From: Macrostomum lignano
Taxonomy: Eukaryota
NCBI GenBank assembly: GCA_002269645.1
Contig: NIVC01000657.1
Location: 62,001-126,000, forward strand
DNA length: 64,000 nt
Reading direction: 5' to 3'
Shown: in pieces, positions 24,870-37,689 of the stretch
How positions within the stretch are numbered: position 1 is the first letter of the stretch
Layout of the letters: each line of letters begins with the position of its first letter
The notes under the pieces: model-generated
What the model was told of the DNA's origin: nothing
Databases searched by the model: none
Seen by the model: only the letters and a program-made list of their open reading frames with translations
Translations under genes and position numbers: made by a program

Positions 24870-26026
24870 TCAGATGAGCATCTCGATTTCTTTGAGTGAA
24901 TATAGGAAGCCGAATGGAAAGTACCAGTTGATTCCCACGGCGAACTCTTCCGTGTGCAGAGCAGCGGGTGGATAAAAGTACAAACCGTTTGGATTCGTCC
25001 TGTGGCACGCCGAGTACCACCAACTTCCGCGAAACCTCTTGGCGCAGTTCCGCCTCGATGCGTTATTGTCCTTGTCGTGGGTGCTGAACTTCATGCCATT
25101 GTGATAGGCCATGCAGTCTCCAACGCCAGGGTGGCTGGCGGAGAACCCCGAGATGCTAAGCCGGAACTTGTCGGCCTCGCTGGCCACGGAGAAGCTGGAG
25201 TAGTCGGCCCAGAACTCCGTGCCATTCCACAGCCTCATTCGCATGCGAAGTGCTCGACCAGACGGCCAGGTCAGAGAGTGCACAGCTCGCAGACCTGCAG
25301 TTGTCAAGCAGAGCTCAATGCTGAGCAGCTCACAGCCACAGGAGGCCAGCGCTATCAAAAAGTGCATCAATACCGTCATGACCGCACTGCACTGCACTCA
25401 CTGAGCCAGTGGTTCGTGTGGGCTCCCTCTCCGAAGCCGGCTGCGTACTCGGTCCAGTTGCGATAGAAGTCTGTCGAGTTGTCCACCCGACGCTGGATGC
25501 TGATCCAGCAGTCGCTGAGTGACGTCACAAACACCTGCAGTGAGGCATTGAGAGCTGCGGTCAGACAAGTGCTGTCAGTTACCTGGCTGTCAGGTGAGTC
25601 AGTGCACGCTTGCTACTCACCCTGATGCAGCACGGAGACTGGTGAGTGTGAGGCGTCAGTCTGCGACACACAGCGCCACTTCGGTTTGCTGGAATGCGAA
25701 TGAGCTCAGCTGGGTGAGCAGCTTCATCAGGTTTAAGGCATCGAGCATGCAGCCAGGACTCACTCACCCACGATGCACTGGGGCTGCTGAGCACCGTCTC
25801 GAGGGATGAAGACCAGCAGCTGGTGAGCGAGCAGGTGCTTGGCAGCCTGTGCAGCGCACTGCAGCACATCGCTGGCTTGGTTGATGGAGGAGACGAAGAA
25901 GTGGCGGACTCGACCGCCCGACCAGCTGCTGCTGTGCACCTCATGCAAGCCAGTGCTAAAAGCGGGCAAGCTGAATATGCCGACCAGTATGAATATAATT
26001 ATTGTGAGCCTCAATGTTTTTAGCAT
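24870..26026 (-). CDS. Secreted fibrinogen-related domain protein (FReD) with a short N-terminal Cys-containing, possibly PAN-like, region; exons about 26026-25768, 25709-25621, 25534-25402, 25294-24870
   Basis: Signal peptide MLKTLRLTIIIFILVGIFSLPAFS. FReD motifs IQRRVDNSTDFYRNWTEYAAGFG, HNGMKFSTHDKDN, NCAKRFRGSWWYSACH..NPNG and YSLK..EM. Introns are phase-consistent GTGAGT...CAG; the first is inferred. Confidence 0.88.
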
Positions 26027-26668
26027 TAATTCGGATGGATAATTTTTCAAATGATGAAATTTAGCACCTTGTATAGCTCCTGAATTAATGGTTTGATGCA
26101 CCCACTCGTGCCACCTCATCCTATATATAGATTATAGCAGTTCCATTAGCCCGTGGCTGTCTCTAAAACGTGCCTAAGCGGAAATCTACGCCTAAATGTG
26201 TTTGCTTTGCAACTATTTGAGCTGCTGCAACGCACCAGCGATGCTTTAAGCTTTTTGTCAAACAATCAGCTTACAGAACCTGACTAGTTACTACATTTCT
26301 ACTCTTCTGTTTAGTCAGGAAACTCATCTTACACGACAGCTTCTAGAATATTTGCGTTTTAGTATTGTGAACATAATTTCCTTGCAAACTGCCAATAATG
26401 AGTAAGAATGCTACAAACACTTGCACAATACATATCTATGGATGATAAAATCAAGAAAAACGTTGTCAATTAGCCTCCAGCAAAATAATTTTAGGTTAAT
26501 GAACTCGCAACTTTCATGATTGACAGCTAAACAGAGAACCTACATAGGCAATAATGCGGTCTGATTTTAGTTTTCTAGGTATCCCGGTTTTAGAATCATC
26601 CTAAAGTACAACTTGGGGTTCGGTTCAGGGAATTCGGTACTCTTATTCATTCATCCATTCTCACTCAG

Positions 26669-27245
26669 GCACCAAGGGCTTTAGCACCAGGGGCTTTAGC
26701 AGCAGGGGCTTTAGCATCAGGGGCGCCAGCACCAGGGACTTTAGCACCAGGGGCTTTAGCACCAGGGGCTTTAGCAGCAGGGGCTTTAGCAGCAGGGGCT
26801 TTAGCAGCAGGGGCTTTAGCACCAGGGGCTTTAGCACCAGGGGCTTTAGCAGCAGAGGCTTTAGCACCAGGGGCTTTAGCAGCAGGGACTTTAGCAGCAG
26901 GGGCTTTAGCACCAGGGGCTTTAGCACCAGGGGCTTTAGCACCAGGGGCTTTAGCACTAGGGGCTTTAGCACCAGGGGCTTTAGCACCAGGGGCTTTAGC
27001 ACCAGGGGCTTTAGCACCAGGGGCTTTAGCACCAGGGGCTTTAGCACCAGGGGCTTTAGCACCAGGGGCTTTAGCACCAGGGGCTTTAGCACTAGGGGCT
27101 TTAGCACCAGGGGCTTTAGCACCAGGGGCTTTAGCACCAGGGGCTTTAGCACCAGGGGCTTTAGCACCAGGGGCTTTAGCACCAGGGGCTTTAGCACCAG
27201 GGGCTTTAGCACCAGGGGCTTTAGCACCAGGGACTTTAGCACCAG
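26669..27245. repeat. 15-bp minisatellite (ACCAGGGGCTTTAGC), about 38 copies
   Basis: Direct visual periodicity; source of the LVLKP-repeat ORF. Confidence 0.95.
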
Positions 27246-27742
27246 GATGTTTCCCAGAGTGTGTACACTATCTTAAAAGATGAGAAAGTCAGGGGCTGCA
27301 CAGTCTATAGGACATGACTGCTTGCTGTTCTCATTATTGGCCACGCTTCAACTATCACCATGAGTTGCAACGGTGCTCAAAGTGTATCTTCCACTATTTT
27401 AACAACACTAAACTCTTGTGATATGGGTATAGGGATAGAAAGTTCAAATTTAACATAATTCTTATTTGTTTAAACGTTTCAAGTTAATTAAAAAACGCAT
27501 GCGCGGAAACTAGTATCGTTAAACGTTACGTTGCGTGAGAAGCAAGCAAATAGAATATATATTTATAATTTTTAGCAAACTAATGCACACAATCTGATAT
27601 ACAAAAATATTTTATTCACTAAATAAAAATCATTTAATGATAGAAAATTCTACGTATAATTGGTTGCAGTTTTGCTTTCTGTTATAGATACATATTATAA
27701 TTTCTGTTGTTTAATGTTGTTTGCTGCTTGCGATCGTTCAGA

Positions 27743-28930
27743 GGGGTCGCCATCACAAGCTTGAAAAGTCACATCGTCGAAAAGTTTAGCAACCACCATC
27801 ACAAGCTTGAAAAGTCACATCGTCGAAAAGTTTAGCAACCACCATCACAAGCTCGAAAAGTCACATCGTCGAAAAGTTTAGCAACCACCATCACAAGCTT
27901 GAAAAGTCACATCGTCGAAAAGTTTAGCAACCACCATCACAAGCTCGAAAAGTCACATCGTCGAAAAGTTTAGCAACCACCATCACAAGCTCGAAAAGTC
28001 ACATCGTCGAAAAGTTTAGCAACCACCATCACAAGCTCGAAAAGTCACATCGTCGAAAAGTTTAGCAACCACCATCACAAGCTCGAAAAGTCACATCGTC
28101 GAAAAGTTTTGCATCCACCATCACAAGCTTTAAAAGTCACATCGTCGAAAAGTTTAGCAACCACCATCACAAGCTTGAAAAGTCACATCGTCGAAAAGTT
28201 TAGCAACCACCATCACAAGCTTGAAAAGTCACATCGTCGAAAAGTTTAGCAACCACCATCACAAGCTCGAAAAGTCACATCGTCGAAAAGTTTTGCATCC
28301 ACCATCACAAGCTTGAAAAGTCACATCGTCGAAAAGTTTAGCAACCACCATCACAAGCTCGAAAAGTCACATCGTCGAAAAGTTTAGCAACCACCATCAC
28401 AAGCTTGAAAAGTCACATCGTCGAAAAGTTTAGCAACCACCATCACAAGCTTGAAAAGTCACATCGTCGAAAAGTTTAGCAACCACCATCACAAGCTCGA
28501 AAAGTCACATCGTCGAAAAGTTTAGCAACCACCATCACAAGCTTGAAAAGTCACATCGTCGAAAAGTTTAGCAACCACCATCACAAGCTTGAAAAGTCAC
28601 ATCGTCGAAAAGTTTAGCAACCACCATCACAAGCTCGAAAAGTCACATCGTCGAAAAGTTTAGCAACCACCATCACAAGCTTGAAAAGTCACATCGTCGA
28701 AAAGTTTAGCAACCACCATCACAAGCTTGAAAAGTCACATCGTCGAAAAGCATCCATCATCATAAGCTCAGGCTCAGGCACGGGCTCTAACCCTAACCCT
28801 TTTCGAGCTTGTGATGGCGGCTGCTAAGTCCGTTTTCGACGATGTGACTTATCGAGCTTATGACTTTTCGAGATTGTGATGATGGATACTTTTCGACGAT
28901 GTGACTTTTCAAGTTTGTGATGTGACTCCC
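27743..28930. mobile_element. MITE/foldback-like element with an expanded 46-bp subterminal array (about 21 copies), a (CCCTAA)-containing core and short inverted copies of the unit
   Basis: 46-bp unit ACCACCATCACAAGCTTGAAAAGTCACATCGTCGAAAAGTTTAGCA at about 27750-28750; CTAACCCTAACCCT at 28787-28800; reverse-complement unit fragments at 28801-28925; imperfect terminal inverted repeat GGGGTCGCCATCACAAG / GTTTGTGATGTGACTCCC. Confidence 0.7.
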
Positions 28931-29127
28931 GTGTGGATTGTTAGCTGTTTGAGATTTTTGTTTGGATAACGGGTTATTTAGGGATTAAAAAAATTAGATT
29001 CTTCTTCAATTCGTCTTTTGCTATCTTGGCTGTTTAAGCCTTGCCAATCCAATCACAGCAAAGTCACACACATAGAGCAAAATAAGGCAAACAATAAAAT
29101 CATGATTAAAATTTCTGAATAAATTCT

Positions 29128-31107
29128 CTACACGGCTTCATACCCAGCAGAAGAGCGACCAATGCCACCCCCATAGCAACCAAGTTTGCCAATGGTAAAC
29201 AGGAAGCCATCTCTCACATATCCGGGCAATACGATCCAGAAGTTTTTGTTCGGCATCAGCTCGGAGCCCTCCTTGCCCAATATGAACTTGTTGGCCATCA
29301 GGCCTAGGCTCAGGTACAGCACTAAACCGCACAGGAATATGATGCACAGAATGTCTCCCGTGCTGATGCCCTCTCCTCCGTCACCGCCGCCTCCACCTCC
29401 GCCGCCGCCTACGCAGGCGTGCTTGCTTCTCAGGTGCATGAAGATATCGTACACTCCGCCTTCGGCTGAGAATTCCGCCCTGAATGAATTTGGGAAATGA
29501 AAAAACAATTGCAAAAGTTGTCATGGGAGCTGGTCCTGAGGGGCGGCTTACTGATGCACGCTCGTATTTTAGCCAGTAATCAACAAATCAATTACTTGGT
29601 GTTGCAACATCGACAACACGACGCTTCAAAAACAGGTTTGACATTACTCTACTCAGTGGTAACAATAATAATTATAATAAAAATTATAATTTATTACACC
29701 CCCCCCTGATGGCCAGATGTGCAACAACCGACAGCTCAGCCGCAGCTATTGTGCGGCGCATCTGAAGGCTGCGTACGGCTGTTCAGTCCAAGGACTGGGG
29801 GGGGGGGTCGTCACAAGCACCCTCAATTACCCCAGCTAATGCTGGCACCCAGTTTACAGCTGGGTGAACTGAAGCAATGCAGAGTTAAGTCTCTTGCTCA
29901 AGGACACAAATTGTTCCAGTGGGATCGGGAATCGAACCCCCGACCTTCAAGTCGTGAATCCGAGGCTCTAACCACTAGGCTACAGCCCCTTGTAAACAGG
30001 TGTTGAGGATTCCTTTCGTTGTAATTATAATTGCTTTGTAAATTTATAAGTGAATGCTTTGCTTAAATAGTTAGTAATCATTTTTGCCTAAAATATAGGT
30101 TACTGACAGTAGTCACTACTCGGTTTATTGTATCACCTCTCAGCGTCTGGATCGCACGCCAATATTACGGAGGAGGTGTACAGCAGGCCTGCCCGATTGT
30201 CAGTGTACACCAGCTGCAGGCCGCGGGCTGGGTTGGTGACAAACTTCGCGCTGCTGGCAGTGCCGACTGGTAGGGTCTGTGGGGTGTTTATGAGAAAGGC
30301 TTCTAGATTTACATGTAGATTTTGATGATTTGAAAGACAGTAAAAACGGCAGTAGAAAAGCTGTAGAACCAGGGGCTTTAGCACCAGGGGCTTTAGCTCC
30401 AGTGCCTTTAGCACCAGTGCCTTTACCACCAGGGGATTTAGCACCAGGGGCTTTAGCACCAGGGGCTTTAGCTCCAGTGCCTTTAGCACCAGGGGCTTTA
30501 GCACCAGGGGCTTTAGCAGCAGGGGTTTTAGCACCAGGGGCTTTAGCTCCAGTGCCTTTACCACCAGGGGCTTTAGCACCAGGGGCTTTAGCACCAGGGG
30601 CTTTAGCTCCAGTGCCTTTACCACCAGGGGCTTTAGCACCAGGGGCTTTAGCAGCAGGGGTTTTAGCACCAGGGGCTTTAGCAGCAGGGGCTTTAGCACC
30701 AGGGGCGCCAGCACCAGTTCGCCAGCACAATTGGTGTTAGCATATACCATTGCCTACCGAATGGGGTTCCTTGTCCTCCCTTGTCTACGCCCCAGCCCGA
30801 GTACCCCCCCCCCATTCGAACTCACGCTCGAGCCGTAGAACTCGCACACGGCCGTGTCAAACTGGTTGCCGCACAGCTGGCCAACGCACGGGCTCCACCG
30901 GAACGTGTCCTGGCCACCGCTGGCGCTGGCGCTGAACGGATAGCCAGACGGCGAAGACAACGGCGACAGGTCGATAACGCCGCCATCGGCTGTTTCGCAA
31001 GAGCAGGACGACAGCTGGCGAGCGCACGTGATGACGGAGCATTGCACTGTCGCAGTCATCAAAGCGACTGTCAATGCCGACAACAGCAGCATGTTAGTTT
31101 CGGTCAC
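29128..31107 (-). CDS. Cation-dependent mannose-6-phosphate receptor / ATG27-like type I membrane protein; exons 31107-30826, 30276-30137, 29479-29128
   Basis: Signal peptide, MRH-like luminal domain (GVIDLSPL, WSPC, AVCE, VILACDP, RSKHAC), TM helix ILCIIFLCGLVLYLSLGLM, tail motif GSELMPNKNFWIVLPGYVRDG and terminal YEAV. Splice phases 0 and 2 are consistent. Confidence 0.85.
29660..29988 (-). mobile_element. tRNA-derived SINE, copy 1 (in intron 2 of the M6PR-like gene)
   Basis: Minus strand starts GGGCTGTAGCCTAGTGGTTAGAG (A box), has GGTTCGATTCC (B box), then a CORE-like block TCCTTGAGCAAGAGACTTAAC...CTTCAGTTCACCCAGCTGTAAACTGGG and an (ATT)-rich tail. A second copy lies at about 51620-51932. 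Confidence 0.85.
30367..30716. repeat. 15-bp minisatellite (same family as 26669-27245), in intron 1 of the M6PR-like gene
   Basis: ACCAGGGGCTTTAGC units with CTCCAGTGCCTTTA variants. Confidence 0.93.
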
Positions 31108-31597
31108 AGACCTGCAGCACAGCTGTCAGCCTGTTTGAGTTTAAAGCTTTATCTGTTGGGTGAGAGTACCCTTGAAGCAGTTTTGCACATTGTACATGCC
31201 CGTTTTTGGCTTATCTGGATAAGTTTCACATTCTTAGAACGCGGCTCTCACTCCTTTGCTATGTGCACGGGCTGGTAATATTTTAGCACCTAGCTAATGT
31301 ATGATCTCTGTAGGACTAAAGAAATTTCTGAGACACCCATGTCTTAGGGCTATCTGAAGTGTAGCATCCACCTCATCTACAGCATCCACTGTCATCTACC
31401 AATGCACTCCACTCACCCAAGATGGGGGACAACTGCCATGGCACAGAATGTGTACATTCCTGACAATTAGAGAGTCAGGGCAGCTGTGCACTCTGTGTGA
31501 GCGTGTGTGAGTGCATGCCTTCGTACATGACTGGGTTTTCGATGATGTCACCGAAGGCGTTGCGACAGGCAGTCTACAATTATTAGTCATCGAAAAC

Positions 31598-32212
31598 ATC
31601 CCCTCATCTACAACATCCCCTCATCTATTGCATCCCCTCATCTACTGCATCCCTCCCCTCATCTACAACATCCCCTCATCTACTGCATCCCCTCATCTAC
31701 TGCATCCCTCCCCTCATCTACAACATCCCCTCATCTACTGCATCCCCTCATCTACTGCATCCCCTCATCTACAGCATCTCCTCATCTACAGCATCCCCTC
31801 ATCTACAGCATCCCCTCATCTACAGCATCCCCTCATCTACAACATCCCCTCATCTACAGCATCCCTCCCCTCATCTCCAGCATCCCCTCATCTACAGCAT
31901 CCCTCCCGTCATCTACAGCATCCCTCCCCTCATCTACAGCATCCCCTCATCTACAGCATCCCTCCCCTCATCTACAGCATCCCCTCATCTACAGCATCCC
32001 TCCCCTCATCTACAGCATCCCCTCATCTACAGCATCCCCTCATCTACAGCATCTCCTCATCTACTGCATCCCTCCCCTCATCTACAGCATCTCCTCATCT
32101 ACTGCATCCCTCCCCTCATCTACAGCATCTCCTCATCTACTGCATCCCTCCCCTCATCTACAGCATCTCCTCATCTACAGCATCCTCTCATCTACAGACT
32201 ACAGCATCCCTC
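31598..32212. repeat. 17-bp minisatellite (CATCCCCTCATCTACAG), array 1
   Basis: Direct periodicity. Confidence 0.93.
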
Positions 32213-32923
32213 ATGCCATGTACAAAATCTGTAAAGAAGCATATGCTGTAAAGGTGTAAAAATATTGTTAAATAGAAATATAGTCTTTGAAAACCTCAGC
32301 AAGTTAACTTTTCTTGTTCCATATATTTTGAGAAAAATCGTATAAAAACGTCTCCTTGTAATAGCAAAATCGAAAATATTTTGACATTTTTTAGTAAACG
32401 CCATTTGATTTCCAACAAGCTATAGACGGTCTCATGTTTAAACATGTCAATAGCATACTGATATATCGTTACTCACACGTTTATAAATAGTAGTTTTCTA
32501 TTTGAAATCAGCATCAAATAGGCAAAATTAATATTAAGCACATTGAAACGAATAATATTCAATAAAAGAGAGCGAAAACACCTTTCCAATTGGATACTGA
32601 ACTGCTACTCGTACTAACTTAGTTACTGGCTACTAACAGTAGGCAGTAGTAGCTGTCGAGTGGAAAATGTCCACGTGCGAGTGATCACTTATTTATTCTT
32701 CATTAATTTTTATTTTAGTCAGGATTCGAACCTGAGTCCGACCGACTACCAGACCGCACTTGTCAACCTCTGTGCTAAGCGACGCGCCCCAAATTTTGCT
32801 GCACTGATTGATATAAATAAACATGAGGCATTTTCGACGGTCGGAAAAATTAACAGTGGAATTTTTGTCAGTCAATTTGTGTTCAAGGTGGGGCTAACGG
32901 GGGGAAAGCAGGAAGGCCAGTTG

Positions 32924-33388
32924 CTAGGGCGGTGCAGACACTAAACCGGCTGGCCCGTGCCCCAGCTGCTGACCGCCAACTGTCGACTCCAAGGGTTTGA
33001 AGCCGAGCTCCTCAACTGGGATGCCGTATTGTCGCAGCTTCGCCTCGTAGGTCTTCAATAAATCGTTGTGCGCTTTGCAAACTCGAGCTAATTCGTACTG
33101 CAGATCTTTGATCGCACTGTTCTTTGAGTCCAAAACATCCTGAAAAAGAGACACCAAATATTGCTTATACTTTAAAAAGTCGTATGAACTCGTTATTGCA
33201 ATTCGAATGTAAAAACATTAGTCCACTCACCTCCAATTTCCTCGTGACTACAGTGAGCGCAGTTGGATCCAGATTCGACGCTGACAGCACCTCATTGAGC
33301 TGGGCGTCTTTCTTCTCCAACGTGTCGGCCAGAGTGCCCAGCTTCCGCTCCAGGAGAATATTCTTCAAGCCGCTCTTCTGCTGCACCT
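32924..33388 (-). pseudogene. GAS8: Partial duplicate of the GAS8 3' end (part of exon 3, intron, exon 4)
   Basis: Encodes the same peptide as 35206-35668 ([14 protein letters not shown]...GLVSAPP) but is cut at 33388 by the 17-bp minisatellite; a few SNPs versus the intact copy. Confidence 0.88.
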
Positions 33389-34483
33389 CATCTACAGCAT
33401 CCCCTCATCTACTGCATCCCCTCATCTATTGCATCCCCTCATCTGCAACATCCCCTCATCTACAGCATCCCCTCATCTACAGCATCCCCTCATCTACAAC
33501 ATCCTCTCATCTACAGCATTCCCTCCTCTACTGCATCCCCTCATCTACTGCATCCCCTTATCTACAGCATCCCCTCATCTACAGCATCCTCTCATCTACA
33601 GCATTCCCTCCTCTACTGCATCCCCTCATCTACTGCATCCCCTTATCTACAGCATCCCCTCATCTACAACATCCCCTCATCTACAGCATCCATCCCCTCA
33701 TCTACAGCATCTCCTCATCTACAGCATCCCCTCATCTACTGCATCCCCTCATCTACAGCATCCCCTCATCTACAGCATCCCCTTATCTACTGCATCCCCT
33801 CATCTACTGCATCCCTCCCCTCATCTACAGCATCCCCTCATCTACAGCATCCCCTCATTTACAACATCCCCTCATCTAAAGCATCCCTCGCCTCATCTAC
33901 AGCATCCCCTCATCTACTGCATCCCCTCATCTACTGCATCCCCTCATCTACAACATCCCCTCATCTACAGCATCCCTCCCCTCATCTACAGCATCCCCTC
34001 ATCTACTGCATCCCCTCATCTACTGCATCCCCTCATCTACAGCATCCCCTCATCTACAACATCCCCTCATCTACAGCATTCCCTCCTCTACTGCATCCCC
34101 TCATCTACTGCATCCCCTTATCTACAGCATCCCCTCATCTACAACATCCCCTCATCTACAGCATCCCCTCATCTATTGCATCCCCTCATCTACTGCATCC
34201 CCTCATCTACAGCATCCCCTCATCTACAGCATCCTCTCATCTACAGCATTCCCTCCTCTACTGCATCCCCTCATCTACTGCATCCCCTTATCTACAGCAT
34301 CCCCTCATCTACAGCATCCCCTCATCTACAGCATCCCCTCATCTACAGCATCCCCTCATCTACTGCATCCCCTCATCTACAGCATCCCCTCATCTACTGC
34401 ATCCCCTCATCTACAGCATCCCCTCATCTACAGCATCTCCTCATCTACTGCATCCCCTCATCTACAGACTACAGCATCCCTCA
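33389..34483. repeat. 17-bp minisatellite, array 2
   Basis: Same unit as 31598-32212; source of the [10 protein letters not shown]-repeat ORFs. Confidence 0.93.
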
Positions 34484-35205
34484 TGCCATGTACAGAATCT
34501 TAAAAAAAGCATATGCTGTAAAGGTTTAAAAATATTGTTAAATAGAAATATAGTCTTTGAAAACCTCAGCAAGTTAACTTTTCTTGTTCCATATATTTTG
34601 AGAAAAATCGTATAAAAACGTCTCCTTGTAATAGCAAAATCGAAAATATTTTGACATTTTTTAGTAAACGCCATTTGATTTCCAACAAGCTATAGACGGT
34701 CTCATGTTTAAACATGTCAATAGCATACTGATATATCGTTACTCACACGTTTATAAATAGTAGTTTTCTATTTGAAATCAGCATCAAATAGGCAAAATTA
34801 ATATTAAGCACATTGAAACGAATAATATTCAATAAAAGAGAGCGAAAACACCTTTCCAATTGGATACTGAACTGCTACTCGTACTAACTTAGTTACTGGC
34901 TACTAACAGTAGGCAGTAGTAGCTGTCGAGTGGAAAATGTCCACGTGCGAGTGATCACTTATTCATATTTATTATTCATTAATTTTTATTTTCAATCCAT
35001 TCAGGATTCGAACCTGAGTCCGACCGACTACCAGACCGCACTTGTCAACCTCTATGCTAAGCGACGCGCCCCAAATTTGGCTGCACTGATTGATATAAAT
35101 AAACATGAGGCATTTTCGACGGTCGGAAAAATTAACAGTGGAATTTTTGTCAGTCAATTTGTGTTCAAAGTGGGGCTAACGGGGGGAAAGCAGGAAGGCC
35201 AGTTG

Positions 35206-37689
35206 CTAGGGCGGTGCAGACACTAAACCGGCTGGCCCGTGTCCCAGCTGCTGACCGCCAACTGTCGACTCCAAGGGTTTGAAGCCGAGCTCCTCAACTG
35301 GGATACCGTATTGTCGCAGCTTCGCCTCGTAGGTCTTCAATAAATCGTTGTGCGCTTTGCAAACTCGAGCTAATTCGTACTGCAGATCTTTGATCGCACT
35401 GTTCTTTGAGTCCAAAACATCCTGAAAAAGAGACACCAAATATTGCTTATACTTTAAAAAGTCGTATGAACTCGTTATTGCAATTCGAATGTAAAAACAT
35501 TAGTCCACTCACCTCCAATTTCCTCGTGACTACAGTGAGCGCAGTTGGATCCAGATTCGACGCTGACAGCACCTCATTGAGCTGGGCGTCTTTCTTCTCT
35601 AACGTGTCGGCCAGAGTGCCCAGCTTCCGCTCCAGGAGAATATTCTTCAAGCCGCTCTTCTGCTGCACCTCGTGAATGGCTTTCTCGAACTTCCGATAAA
35701 GTTCGTCGCGTTCTTCTTGCAGCTGAAAATGAAAAAGTCACAATTTTTAACCTCATAGAAAAAGTGCCGTTGTACAAAGAGAAAAGCAGCATTTATAACA
35801 GCGCTTACCTTTTCAAACCTCTGATCCAGCACTTCGTGTTCCCATTCTAGCTTCTTTCTTTCAGCTTCCATCATCTTGATTCGCGCTTTGGCATTCTTCA
35901 AGCTCTGCTTGTCCTTCTCGTAATTAGCCAGGGTTCGCTTGAGCTCGGCGTTCTCATCCTGCGCCTGGCGCAACGGCTCGCTCAGCCTCCGATTCTCCGC
36001 CATCACCTCGGCCATCTGCTTCTCCAAGCGATCTTCTTTGGCCTTCATCTCGTCGATTTTCTCCTTCAAAGTGTTGATCAAAGCCAAGTTGTTTAGCGTG
36101 ATGTCGTTATAGTAGTTCTTAATATCGCTGAACGCTTTCTCGTGATTCTTCATCAGCGTGTTGATCTGATCGTTCTTGCGCTCCTCGACCTCGTGGATTT
36201 CCGTCTTGCGTCGCAGGTCCATCTCGTCGCGCAGCTGGCGCATTTTCTTCTCGTACTTCTGCTCGATCTCCTGCGCCTGGCGCTCAAAATCGTTTCGCAC
36301 CTCAGTCAGGTGGGCCTCGTAGTGACGCTTCAACTCCTTCACTGACTGTTGGTTAGCCAGCTCGTGCTCCTTCAGGTCCACCTTCAGGCGGCGTTTGTCC
36401 TTCTTCAGTTCGGACTCCTCGTCACGGTGCTCATCCTGAGCTAGCTTGAGCTGTACAGTGTTCTCAGCCTTCAGCTCAGAAATGTTATTCTGATGCTCGT
36501 AGAGCAGATGCTTCACCTTCTGCTTGTAGACTTTGATCTCCAGCTGGTGCCTCTCTTCGGCGTCTTCCATCTCTCGGTCTTTGTTTCTCAATTCCGCTTT
36601 CTTCTCCTCTAGCTGACGCTTGGTAATCTCCCAGAACGTGTTGATCTTGTCCCGTTCCAGCTGGAAGTAGTTTCGCTCCTCGCGTTCGCGCTGCAGCTCA
36701 TCGCGGATGCGGTTGACGTGCTCCTCCAGATCCTCCTTGGTCATCTCCGCCGTGGAGATGCCATCAATGACTGTCGGGGTTTTGGATTTTCCAGACTTCT
36801 TGCCCTTTTTGCCGGACTTCTTTCCCTTCTTGCCTTTCTTTCCCTGAAATGAAAAAATGTGGAAAGGTATAAAAAATGATTTAAGTTTTAAAGCAAAGTT
36901 GAAAAAATCTTATTCGTCATTGATTGGAAGCCAAATTATATAAAGATTGTAGAATTTTTATTGAAGAGTAGTATTGTATTCTTTCGCATTTTAAAACTAT
37001 TATTTTGATTTCCATAGCACTTTGCTTTTTATGCATTCAGTGATGAATAAAATATTAGCTTTTAAAAGTTTGCTCAGGTCTATATTTTGAAAGAGACAAT
37101 GGTTGAATGGTGTTTTTTCCTGAGCATCTTCTTGAGTCTTTGAAGATTTCCTACGTATTTGCATATAAAATTTATTTTTGTAAATTTTTCCAGAACCAAA
37201 TTGGAGTAGTTATTTATTAATTAAAGTACGAGCTACTTAGCTGCAAAGATATGCAGTTGATTTGTTGTTTCCGCTGAGAACAAAAATTCTCTTACTTATA
37301 CAGTTTGGACTAGAGTGTTTTAAAATTTGTCACTGGTTAGTGTTGTGATTTTTATGTTTTATATCACTATAATTAGTTTGAGTCAGCTTAACAATAGCAG
37401 GACGCCACAGAGCATTCAGTGATTATTCAAAAGCGCACATTACTTTAGAAAAATAGTGTCCAGATTCGACTCGACTAAAAAATCCACCCTAAAGTCGAGC
37501 CCATTCACTTTAATAATACTGGAGTGTGTAAACCGTAAACATGGACAAGTGGCACTTGTGACTTGTTGGCTTCAAACTTGTTATTTGAATATTTGGCTCA
37601 ATTTGCTAAGCGCAATTGCTAAGTCGAAAACGTAGTTGATTAAAGATACACCATCGAAAAGCCAAAAACTACAATACTCAACTTACCAT
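35206..37689 (-). CDS. GAS8: Growth-arrest-specific 8 / dynein regulatory complex subunit 4; exons 37689-37687 (ATG only), 36843-35809, 35722-35513, 35421-35206
   Basis: Lys/Gly-rich N-terminus, [72 protein letters not shown]; all junctions phase 0 with GT-AG. Confidence 0.95.

Noticed and set aside
25755-25770. Apparent 4-bp duplication frameshift (GAGTGAGT) in the FReD gene
   Set aside because: A phase-compatible 58-nt GT-AG intron (25767-25710) explains it without a lesion.
27750-28750. CRISPR-like array
   Set aside because: Units are head-to-tail with no unique spacers, there are no cas genes, and the context is eukaryotic.
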